Source of the DNA: Candidatus Omnitrophota bacterium
GTDB taxonomy: Bacteria; Omnitrophota; Gorgyraeia; Zapsychrales; JANLHA01
Reading direction: 5' to 3'
Assembly: GCA_029560465.1 (NCBI GenBank)
Contig: JAKQKX010000069.1
Location: 77,021 to 141,020 of the forward strand
DNA: 64,000 nt
The translations under genes were made by a program, and so were the position numbers. The notes under the pieces are model-generated. The model was not told the DNA's origin and did no database searches. It saw nothing but the letters and a program-made list of their open reading frames with translations. Position 1 is the first letter of the stretch; each line of letters opens with the position of its first letter. Positions 56,030-64,000 of this stretch are shown here, piece by piece.

Positions 56030-57025
56030 ATGGACGATGTCATGATGAAGAAGCTCGAGGAGGAGATCAAGAACGCCTGTTTCACTCTGGAGGGGTTCTT
56101 TCGTGAAATTGAAAACGTGATGATTGGGCAGACGTATCTTATTGAACGGATTCTTTTGGGCCTGCTGGCCGGAGGGCATATCCTGATCGAAGGGTTGCCT
56201 GGGCTGGCGAAGACGCTGGCGGTTAAGACTTTCGCCATGGCGGTGCGGTTAAATTTCAGCCGGATTCAGTTTACGCCTGATATGCTTCCAGCCGACTTGA
56301 CCGGCTCTCCGGTCTATGACCAGCGTTCAGCGTCTTTTTATATCAAAAAGGGCCCTGTTTTTGCCAACATTGTGTTGGCGGACGAAATTAACCGCGCGCC
56401 GGCGAAAGTGCAAAGCGCTTTGCTGGAGGCGATGCAGGAGAAGCAGGTCACCATCGGGGATGCCTCATATGCCTTGGAAGAACCCTTCCTTGTTCTGGCG
56501 ACCCAGAACATGATCGAGCAGGACGGCACTTACGCTTTGCCGGAGTCGCAGTTGGACCGTTTTATGCTGAAAGTCAATATGACCTATCCGTCCCGTGAGG
56601 AAGAAGCCCTGATCCTTCAGCGGATGTCGTATACGGATGTGAAGTATGATGTGAAGCAGGTCCTTAATCCCGAGCATGTCCTGAAACTCCGCGCTTTGGT
56701 GGACAGGGTCCATATTGAGAAAAAAGTCGAGAATTATATCCTAGATATTGTTGAGGCGACCCGTCAGCCTGATAAATTCGGGCTTAATGATTTGGTGGAT
56801 TTGATTAAATATGGTGTTTCCCCTCGGGCGGGGATCCACCTTTCCGTGGCGGCGAGAGCGTATGCCTTGATACAGGGACGCGCGTATGTCCGGCCCCAGG
56901 ATATCCGGGTGCTGGCCCGGGACGTTTTGAGCCACCGGCTCATTGAGAGTTATCAGGCCCGGGGGCTTAACGTTACCGCCGAAGAACTGGTCGACCGGAT
57001 TGTTAACGGCGTGGAAATGCCTTAG
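56030..57025 (+). CDS. MoxR-family AAA+ ATPase
   Basis: Walker A GLPGLAKT, Walker B/sensor LADEINRAPAKVQSALLEAMQE, arginine-finger region. Confidence 0.85.
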   Translation: MDDVMMKKLEEEIKNACFTLEGFFREIENVMIGQTYLIERILLGLLAGGHILIEGLPGLAKTLAVKTFAMAVRLNFSRIQFTPDMLPADLTGSPVYDQRSASFYIKKGPVFANIVLADEINRAPAKVQSALLEAMQEKQVTIGDASYALEEPFLVLATQNMIEQDGTYALPESQLDRFMLKVNMTYPSREEEALILQRMSYTDVKYDVKQVLNPEHVLKLRALVDRVHIEKKVENYILDIVEATRQPDKFGLNDLVDLIKYGVSPRAGIHLSVAARAYALIQGRAYVRPQDIRVLARDVLSHRLIESYQARGLNVTAEELVDRIVNGVEMP

Positions 57026-57031
57026 GCCCTC

Positions 57032-58363
57032 ATGAAAACAGCCGTGAAAAAATGTTTTTCCCCGGAGCTATGTGTGGCCGATGCCGGCGGGCGGATTTTT
57101 AACGTCCCTTTTTTGTCCGCTGTGGGCATGAAGGCCGGATTTTACGACGTCCTGCGCCCGGCTCAACTGATCAAGATGCCCTTCGGCAGTCAGTTATTCA
57201 TGCTGCCGGGCCGCACGCCGGTCGGGTTTGCCTCTTCCGACAATCAGCTGGTTTCCCTGGACCGGAATCCTTTCTCCGTGTCCCCGGAGCCGTGTTTTGC
57301 GGTTGCCGCTTTTGTGGCCCCGGGATATACGTCAACATATAATGCCGCCTACACTGAAATTAACGGGGCGAGGATATTGCCTTTGTTTGCGTATACGGCG
57401 GTGGCCTTTTACAGGGGAGAATTTTATGTGGCCAGTACCCGTGTTGACCGGGAGCTGAGGCAGGATATCCGGTTTATGGATATGAACCGGATTAAGCGGA
57501 ATATAAAAATTTTTCGGAAACAATTCCCCACAAATAGGCTGGTCGCGCATCTGGAGTCCTGTGCTCTGGTGAACCAGTGCCCTGCGGCCAAGAATTTTTT
57601 CCTGCAGAGGTATGAAGGGCCGCTCCCGACCTCTCCGTCCTGTAACGCCAGGTGCGCCGGGTGTCTTTCCCTGCAGCCCGAGGGCGCCTGCCCGGCGACA
57701 CAGCCCCGCATCCGTTTTATCCCCACGCCGGAGGAGATCGCTGAAGTCGCGCTTTATCACCTCGCGGTGGTGGCAGACCCAGTCGTGAGTTTCGGCCAGG
57801 GCTGCGAAGGGGAGCCGCTTTTAGCCGGGAACGCCATCGAAAAAGCGGTGAAATTGATCCGGGCCAGGACCCGGAAAGGGATGATTAATATTAACACCAA
57901 TGCCAGCAAACCGGACGTGGTGGCGCGTCTTTGGGACGCGGGGATGGACAGTATCCGGGTGAGTCTAAACAGCCTTCAGCCTGATAGCTACCGGCGGTAT
58001 TACCGTCCCAAGGGATATACATTTTCTGACGTGATGAAGTCTATCCGGGTGGTGAAACAGAAGGGCGGGTTTGTTTCCGTGAATTATCTGTCTCTCCCGG
58101 GGTTTACCGATTCCCGTGCGGAAGTTGAGGCGTTCCGGAAATTTTTAGACGGAGGGCGCGTTGACATGATCCAGTGGCGAAACCTGAATTATGATCCGCG
58201 GGCGTATTTCCGTTTGCTGAAGTCCTGTCCGGATGTGAAGGACCTGCTGGGTATTAAGAATTTGATTGATCTGGTTAAGAGGGATTACCCGCGCGTCATG
58301 GCCGGGTATTTTAATCCGTCCCGCCGGAGAATCAGGCGATTCCGGCCGGAAAGTTTTAAATAA
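57032..58363 (+). CDS. Radical SAM domain protein with an ~170-aa N-terminal extension
   Basis: SCNARCAGC (Cx3Cx2C) and the GQGCEGEPLL glycine-rich SAM-binding motif. Confidence 0.6.
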   Translation: MKTAVKKCFSPELCVADAGGRIFNVPFLSAVGMKAGFYDVLRPAQLIKMPFGSQLFMLPGRTPVGFASSDNQLVSLDRNPFSVSPEPCFAVAAFVAPGYTSTYNAAYTEINGARILPLFAYTAVAFYRGEFYVASTRVDRELRQDIRFMDMNRIKRNIKIFRKQFPTNRLVAHLESCALVNQCPAAKNFFLQRYEGPLPTSPSCNARCAGCLSLQPEGACPATQPRIRFIPTPEEIAEVALYHLAVVADPVVSFGQGCEGEPLLAGNAIEKAVKLIRARTRKGMININTNASKPDVVARLWDAGMDSIRVSLNSLQPDSYRRYYRPKGYTFSDVMKSIRVVKQKGGFVSVNYLSLPGFTDSRAEVEAFRKFLDGGRVDMIQWRNLNYDPRAYFRLLKSCPDVKDLLGIKNLIDLVKRDYPRVMAGYFNPSRRRIRRFRPESFK

Positions 58364-58406
58364 TAAGCGGTGTTTCCGTTTGTCTGGGGCGCCGGCAAGG
58401 AGGGGG

Positions 58407-59480
58407 ATGGTGACGAGCCGTGTTTATTATGAAAAGGTGGATCAGGCCGATTCTTCTGAAGTTATTCAACAGAGATTTCGGCGGTTGCTTGATGCCAGCG
58501 GGATCCTTGTCCAGGTGAAGCCCCGAGACCAGGTCGTGATGAAGCTTCATTTCGGGGAAGCAGGGAACACGGGATTTATCAAGCCGGAATGGGTCCGGGT
58601 GATTTCCCAAAAGATCAAGGAGCGGCAGGCGGTTCCCGTGATGGCCGAAACCAACACGCTTTATCGCGGGCAGAGAACCAATTCTAAGGATCATCTGGCC
58701 TTGGCGGCCCGGCACGGGTTCACCCTGGAAAAGGCCGGGGCCGGCATCATTATCCCCGAAGACAGCCCGGACAATGTTATGGATGTTTCTGTTGAACAGC
58801 CGTACATTAAAGTAGCCAAAGTTATAAAATTGTTCTTGGAGGCGGATGTCCTGGTGTCTTTGGCCCATTTTAAGGGGCATTTGATGACGGGGTTTGGCGG
58901 GGCTTTAAAGAATATCGGCATGGGTTGCGCTTCCCGTGAAGGAAAACTCGCCCAGCATGGAGGGGTGGCGCCTTTTGTTGATGAGGGTCGGTGTGTTGGA
59001 TGCGGGGAATGCGCAGTGGTTTGCCCGGCGGACGCGATCGCCCTGGAGCAGAAGAGGGCTTTTATTGACGGTGAGCTTTGCATCGGTTGCGCCAGCTGTA
59101 TCGCCGCCTGTCCGCAGGAGGCGATTGACGTTCCTTGGGAGGCCGGGGGAGAAACCATTCAGGAAAAGATGGTGGAGTATGCTAAAGCGGTGCTTGATGC
59201 CCGGCAGGGGAAGACGGTCTTTGTTAATTTCGCAGTCAAAATCACAAAAGAATGTGATTGCCTGGCCAAAGATGATCCACGGATTTGTCCGGATATTGGT
59301 CTTTTCGCGTCTTTAGACCCGGTGAGCGTGGACAAGGCTTGTTATGATCAAGTGATGGCGGCCTCTGGGAGGGATGTTTTACGGGAAGCCCACCCGCACT
59401 GTGATGGGATGAAACAGCTGCTGTACGCTCAACGATTAGGGTTGGGGCGGATGGATTACACGTTGATCTTGGTTGAATAG
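58407..59480 (+). CDS. DUF362-domain protein with 2x[4Fe-4S] ferredoxin insert
   Basis: CVGCGECAVVCP and CIGCASCIAACP motifs; DUF362-like flanks; GGAGGGGG Shine-Dalgarno before the ATG at 58407. Tool ORF start at 58266 overlaps the upstream gene. Confidence 0.6.
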   Translation: MVTSRVYYEKVDQADSSEVIQQRFRRLLDASGILVQVKPRDQVVMKLHFGEAGNTGFIKPEWVRVISQKIKERQAVPVMAETNTLYRGQRTNSKDHLALAARHGFTLEKAGAGIIIPEDSPDNVMDVSVEQPYIKVAKVIKLFLEADVLVSLAHFKGHLMTGFGGALKNIGMGCASREGKLAQHGGVAPFVDEGRCVGCGECAVVCPADAIALEQKRAFIDGELCIGCASCIAACPQEAIDVPWEAGGETIQEKMVEYAKAVLDARQGKTVFVNFAVKITKECDCLAKDDPRICPDIGLFASLDPVSVDKACYDQVMAASGRDVLREAHPHCDGMKQLLYAQRLGLGRMDYTLILVE

Positions 59481-59482
59481 AT

Positions 59483-59522
59483 AAAAAAACACGCCTCATA
59501 AGATTGAGGCGTGTTTTTTTGT
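59483..59522. terminator. Bidirectional rho-independent terminator
   Basis: A7, stem AACACGCCTCA / TGAGGCGTGTT, then T9. Confidence 0.8.
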
Positions 59523-59537
59523 TTAAAGAAAACGCGA

Positions 59538-59855
59538 TTAGTCGCCGTAAACGATGGTTGTGTACTCCCCGATGACGCCGAGGATGTTTTTCACGTTGTA
59601 ATCGACATATTTAATTTCGGTAATCCCGCCGTTCTTCGCCGCGGCTTCGATGCTGGCATCTCCGGTCGCGATCAAAGTGAGATAGGATTTCGCCGTGGCT
59701 TTCCCCACTTTTGAGTAATCAGCGTCTCCGTCGCCGACAAGCGTCGGGACAGATACTTCAGTGTAAAAAGTCCCAACTGGATAAAGCGTTGCGCATCCAG
59801 AAGCCACGATGCTGATTAAAAGAACAAGACCTAGTAATGTCGCTGTGCTTTTCAC
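59538..59855 (-). CDS. Small lipoprotein (TRL-like)
   Basis: Lipobox IVASGC. Confidence 0.4.
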   Translation of the reverse strand: MKSTATLLGLVLLISIVASGCATLYPVGTFYTEVSVPTLVGDGDADYSKVGKATAKSYLTLIATGDASIEAAAKNGGITEIKYVDYNVKNILGVIGEYTTIVYGD

Positions 59856-60182
59856 CCCCCACCCCCTTTGTTAATAATGTTTGATACTGCGTATTCTTAT
59901 TTTTGTAAAAAATATTATATCACAATAATCTTGGCGGGATAGCATGTTTTATAGAAAGATTTCTCCCGTTATGGGGCTTGATCAGGGTATCCGGCCGGAG
60001 ACGGGGATCTCTGCGGCGGCAGGCGGGGAGAAAAGAAGAGGGGAGAATTGAAAAAGAATGTTGTCGCGATATAATTTCTTGTAATAAAATAAATGCTGGT
60101 AAATACCAAGAGGCGGTTTTGATAATAAATTTTTTATTTGAATAAAAATTATAAACCACGGCTTCATGTGCTTTATTAAAAA

Positions 60183-61388
60183 ATGACGCGATTCCAGAAT
60201 TTTGTCCAGGCTTATAAAAGCCTCGCGGTCATCCTGCTCAATACTGTCTTATTGGCAGGGTTCCTTTATGCCGTGTTAAGCGGCGTGTTTTTGATCAGGA
60301 ACACTTTGTTAAGAAGGGCGCGCCCCGCGCCTGAAAATTACGTGTCCAAGACTTACGGCAAGATGCTAAAAAGTGTGTATCTCCACCTGAATGAGGAAGA
60401 GATGGACCGCCTTCTTGAGGAAAGCTGGACGCGGCCGTTCCAATACGAGCCTTTCACGCAATTCAAGGAAGGGCTTTTACAGGGGAAGTTTGTTAATGTC
60501 CGTCCGGAAGGGTTCCGCGTAACCCCGCCTCAAGGCCCTTGGCCCCCGGTCCCGGAGCATTATAATATTTTTCTGTTCGGAGGGTCCACGACTTTTAATT
60601 ATGGGCTTCCGGATTCGCAAACAATAGCGTCCGTTTTGCAGAATGACTTGCGGCGCCGGTATCCTGATCAGAACATCAACATTTATAATTTCGGCCGGGG
60701 CTATTATTATTCATCCCAGGAGTTGATCCTCTTTATGCGGCTTTTGGCTCAAGAGCGTGTTCCGGATATGGCGGTCTTCATTGATGGTTACAATGAGTTT
60801 GTTTTTTATCAGGATCAACCGTATTTTAGCGAAGATATTTCCAAATATTTCCAGCAGCGAGAACAGAGTTCCTTAAAAACGGTTTTAGAAAAACAGGGGG
60901 TTCAGGCTTTCAGGAAAATATTGCGGCAAAAGAGCCCTGTTAAGTCAAAGGCGCACCAGGAAAAGGAAAACACAGAGTATGAGAACATGGTGTATCAGCA
61001 TAAGGAAGAAATCTCTCATGTGGTCTTGAAACGGTATTTGGTGAATAAACGGCTTATTGAAGCCATGGCCCGTGATTTTCAAGTCACCCCGGTTTTTGTC
61101 TGGCAGCCGGTTGCGGCGTATCGGTACGATTTGAGCTCTTCTCCTTTTCCAATCCCTATTCTGGATGACGTGCTGATCCGTTACGGGTATTCCCGCATGG
61201 CGGAATTAAACCAGGACGGGGTGCCGGGTCCCAATTTTTTGTGGTGCGCGGATATCCAGGCTCAGGTCCAGGAACCGCTTTATGTGGACGCGTGTCATTA
61301 CAATGAAAAGAATTCCCGTAATCTCGCGGCCTGTATTATCCAGCATATCGTGGGGCAGGAATTGCTCCACAAGATTTCGGGACAATGA
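60183..61388 (+). CDS. N-terminally anchored SGNH/GDSL-like hydrolase-fold protein
   Basis: TM helix, then IFLFGGSTTF (block I-like) and DACHYN (DxxH-like). Confidence 0.4.
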   Translation: MTRFQNFVQAYKSLAVILLNTVLLAGFLYAVLSGVFLIRNTLLRRARPAPENYVSKTYGKMLKSVYLHLNEEEMDRLLEESWTRPFQYEPFTQFKEGLLQGKFVNVRPEGFRVTPPQGPWPPVPEHYNIFLFGGSTTFNYGLPDSQTIASVLQNDLRRRYPDQNINIYNFGRGYYYSSQELILFMRLLAQERVPDMAVFIDGYNEFVFYQDQPYFSEDISKYFQQREQSSLKTVLEKQGVQAFRKILRQKSPVKSKAHQEKENTEYENMVYQHKEEISHVVLKRYLVNKRLIEAMARDFQVTPVFVWQPVAAYRYDLSSSPFPIPILDDVLIRYGYSRMAELNQDGVPGPNFLWCADIQAQVQEPLYVDACHYNEKNSRNLAACIIQHIVGQELLHKISGQ

Positions 61389-61453
61389 GTAAGGTATTTA
61401 TCTTTTAAAGAAATTTTAATTAAACATATTATGCTCCGTAAAGACACGTGGGG

Positions 61454-62977
61454 TTAATGGCGAGCTGGGCGGGAGAAAAGCCATACGACAGGCATGTCTG
61501 TGGAGTATCCATCGGTGAAAAACCAGGGTTTGATTATGGTTAATTCCTTTGTAAATCCTCCCTGGATCAGAACGTCGGCCATCCCTGTCCCCGGAGGGCC
61601 GTCGGGATCGAGATACGGTACCCTTTGCCAGCGGCTGTATTCCAGGATCAGGGGGCCCGGGTTTTCCGCAAGAAGATGATCCCATTCCGCCCGCGTCGCA
61701 GGTAATGGAACCAGGTGGCCTGATTCTTCTTTAAATTCAATTCCGCTGAAATACCGCAGGGCTCTTATGGAAGAACTGATCACTACGGTGTCTTCCTTTA
61801 TATTTTCAGCAATCCATGCGCCGGTTTCTCGGAGCCCGGTGAAAGCGTAAAGCTGCTTTTTAATGCTCGGGATCCGTCTTTCCGGGGGAGTGATGGTGAG
61901 CATAGCGCCGATCAGCAGAACCCAGCAGGCGGTTGCGATACTTTGGGCCCGGTGTCTACCCGGGATGAGCATTTTGACGGCCGTTTCGATCCCGATTCCC
62001 GATAAAAGAATGAAGCAGGGGATCACGGGCAGAAAATATCGGGGTACTTTTTCAGGGACAAAAGAGATAATCCCCAGCCAGATAAGCCAACCCAAAAGAA
62101 CACTCACAATTTCTTTCTTTTTCTTCATTAATCCTGCGAAGCCTAATAGCACCAAAGGCAGGAACGTATTCGGCAGCAGGATGAGATAGTTCCGGAGATA
62201 ACAGAAGGGATCTCTATGGATGAAATATTTCCCTGATAGAGCCGTAAGCGAGCTAAAGGGTTGTCCGGTAATCAGAATATTCCGTAAAAGGTAAAATGCG
62301 GAGACGAGGAGTGTCACAATGAGGGGGGTGACACTCTTCGGGAGCTCCTGCCAGCGTTTGTCTAAGGTGAGGCTGAGCGCGGTGACAGCCAGCCAGGGAA
62401 GGATCAGCATCGCGATAGGGATTTTAATTAATACGGCCGCGGAGCAGAAGACAGTTAAGAATACTGTGTTTTTCCATGACGGAGAGGCAGAGGTTTTTAT
62501 GAGGAAAAAGGCTATGTAGATGACACATACAGTCAGGAGGCCGTCTAAGAGTATTTTGGTCGTAATTGTGTAATAGATTGTGTTTGTCCCTAGCAGAATA
62601 GCGGCGTAGAGGCCAAGCGCGGGGGTGCTTATCAATGCGCCTAGTTGATAGATGGCCACTAAACCCAGCAACCCGGTGGACAGGCTGAATAGTTTATAGA
62701 AAAATAAGGGATAGGGGAAAAAATTCCCGAAACTGAGGAGGACGGGAAGAAGGCTGGGGTAAGAGAAGTTTTTAGAAAAAATGAAAAGAGGGTTTTCGAA
62801 TATTTTTTCCCCCTGCCACGCATACAAGGCTTCATCCGGCCAAAGGTTGTCGGTCATCAGATATTTCAGCTTGATCATCCCGAAATAGCAAAGAACGAAG
62901 AGGAAGCCTAGTTTATATATCCATTGTTGGGGAGAGATTGGTTTTTGGGGGACCATGGCTTTTCCTGTTTTCAGCAT
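61454..62977 (-). CDS. GT-C family membrane glycosyltransferase (ArnT/PMT-like, GT39/GT83-type)
   Basis: Eleven or more TM helices and a first-loop WPDEALY (DE motif). Confidence 0.55.
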   Translation of the reverse strand: MLKTGKAMVPQKPISPQQWIYKLGFLFVLCYFGMIKLKYLMTDNLWPDEALYAWQGEKIFENPLFIFSKNFSYPSLLPVLLSFGNFFPYPLFFYKLFSLSTGLLGLVAIYQLGALISTPALGLYAAILLGTNTIYYTITTKILLDGLLTVCVIYIAFFLIKTSASPSWKNTVFLTVFCSAAVLIKIPIAMLILPWLAVTALSLTLDKRWQELPKSVTPLIVTLLVSAFYLLRNILITGQPFSSLTALSGKYFIHRDPFCYLRNYLILLPNTFLPLVLLGFAGLMKKKKEIVSVLLGWLIWLGIISFVPEKVPRYFLPVIPCFILLSGIGIETAVKMLIPGRHRAQSIATACWVLLIGAMLTITPPERRIPSIKKQLYAFTGLRETGAWIAENIKEDTVVISSSIRALRYFSGIEFKEESGHLVPLPATRAEWDHLLAENPGPLILEYSRWQRVPYLDPDGPPGTGMADVLIQGGFTKELTIIKPWFFTDGYSTDMPVVWLFSRPARH

Positions 62978-63105
62978 TATAACATAGAGTCATGGTTTTC
63001 TGGCCCCAATATCCCCCGATGCACGCCATAATATTTATATTTCTTAAAGCAGCGTTATGCTACAATCGATAAATAAATTATGCTTTTAAACCGGGGTGAG
63101 TCGTT

Positions 63106-63789
63106 ATGCGGGTGTTAATTATAGAAGATGAGAAAAAAGTGGCTGATTTTGTCAAAAGGGGGCTTAAAGAGAACAACTTCTCCGTTGATATTGCGCCTGA
63201 CGGAGAAGAAGGCTTGTTCTTAGCGGAAAGCGAGAATTACGATCTGATCATTTTGGATTTGATGCTTCCAAAAATAAGCGGGATTGATATCCTGCAGAAA
63301 ATTCGCAAAGAAGGGAAGGAGGTCCCTGTGATTTGCTTGACGGCTAAAGGGGACCTGAAAGATAAAATGGAGGGCTTTAACGCGGGGACGGATGATTATA
63401 TTGTCAAGCCCTTTATGTTCACGGAACTTCTGGCGAGGATCCGCGCTGTCCTCAAGCGGGCCAACCGGACGCCGGCTTCAACGGAGCTAAAATATGGTGA
63501 TTTGATTTTAGATCAGCGCACGAGGCGCGCCGAAAGGCGCGGCCGGGAGATCATTCTGACGGCCAAAGAATACAGTATCCTGGAATTGCTGATGATGAAC
63601 CCGGACCAGGTCGTGACCCGCACGATGATTATCGAGTCGGCGTGGGATTATAATTTTAACCTTATGTCAAACATCGTCGAGGTGCATATCAAGCGCCTGC
63701 GAGAGAAGATTGACGCTGATGAGCAGGAGAAATTGATCCACACGGTTTGGGGAATGGGATATATTCTTAAAAGACAGGCAGAGCCGTAG
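63106..63789 (+). CDS. OmpR/PhoB-family response regulator
   Basis: Receiver domain (DLIILDLMLP, phospho-acceptor Asp, conserved T/K) plus a winged-helix output domain. Confidence 0.9.
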   Translation: MRVLIIEDEKKVADFVKRGLKENNFSVDIAPDGEEGLFLAESENYDLIILDLMLPKISGIDILQKIRKEGKEVPVICLTAKGDLKDKMEGFNAGTDDYIVKPFMFTELLARIRAVLKRANRTPASTELKYGDLILDQRTRRAERRGREIILTAKEYSILELLMMNPDQVVTRTMIIESAWDYNFNLMSNIVEVHIKRLREKIDADEQEKLIHTVWGMGYILKRQAEP

Positions 63790-64000
63790 ATGAGAAGCAA
63801 GTTTAACAGTTTTGGCTTGAGGATCACGCTGTGGTATGTGCTGCTCTTCCTTGTGTCCAGCGTCATTATTTCCTTATGCCTGTATCATCAGCTTAAATTC
63901 CAATTATATGAAGAGGTCGATCTCTTTTTAGCCGATGAGATGAATGAATTCAAACAATTCGTCTCGGAACACCATCAAAGCCTTTCCTTAATTGAGAGCC
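63789..64000 (+). CDS. Sensor histidine kinase, 5' part only (runs off the window)
   Basis: ATGA overlap with the response regulator; N-terminal TM (ITLWYVLLFLVSSVIISLCLY). Confidence 0.5.

Noticed and set aside
58266-58406. Overlap of the DUF362 ORF with the upstream radical SAM gene
   Set aside because: An in-frame ATG at 58407 with a strong Shine-Dalgarno gives a non-overlapping gene; the extension is an ORF-caller artefact.

Overview
The window reads as a gene-dense chromosomal segment (~90% coding, GC about 50%), most likely from an uncultivated anaerobic bacterium. The anaerobe call rests on rubrerythrin, four radical-SAM enzymes, a DUF362/ferredoxin protein and many signal-peptide proteins; no phylum can be assigned from sequence alone. 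No rRNA, tRNA, CRISPR array, transposase or integrase was recognised.

Gene content from 5' to 3':
- A partial type II secretion / type IV pilus module: GspE/PilB ATPase (truncated at the window edge), GspF/PilC, and two atypical membrane partners.
- A family-4 glycosyltransferase and a secreted EEP-family nuclease/phosphatase.
- Two paralogous secreted proteins flanking an M48 lipoprotein peptidase and a BI-1/YccA-like membrane protein.
- DJ-1/PfpI, a stand-alone GIY-YIG protein, a DUF349 repeat protein, MarR, a YiiX-like permuted papain enzyme and an alpha/beta hydrolase.
- An MBOAT O-acyltransferase with an SGNH-like partner and a GH26-like hydrolase; a 787-aa DUF748/AsmA-like protein.
- An ECF sigma / anti-sigma / CpxP-Spy-like envelope-stress module; rubrerythrin; an MscS channel; a tandem-rhodanese protein; a methyl-accepting chemotaxis protein.
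- A cspA-family gene with a strong promoter, a structured leader and its own terminator.
- A minus-strand operon encoding a B12-binding radical-SAM enzyme, a GT-C/TPR membrane protein and a DUF1667-kinase fusion.
- The most unusual locus, at 39.6-47.5 kb: a bitopic membrane protein whose cytoplasmic C-terminus is a perfect 12/24-nt tandem repeat encoding (C-H-x-A)x7, i.e. a Cys every fourth residue. It is followed 11 nt later by a radical-SAM/SPASM maturase-type enzyme, a membrane protein, a fused ABC exporter, and an NfeD/flotillin pair.
- A methyltransferase / ATP-grasp fusion.
- A second unusual locus, at 52.4-59.5 kb: a 1193-aa protein combining an HExxH zincin-like motif with a C-terminal DUF58 signature, directly upstream of a MoxR AAA+ ATPase, a radical-SAM protein and a DUF362 / 2x[4Fe-4S] protein.
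- At the 3' end, a GT-C (ArnT/PMT-like) glycosyltransferase and an OmpR-type two-component pair.

Every functional call below comes from motif recognition by eye; none was checked against a database.
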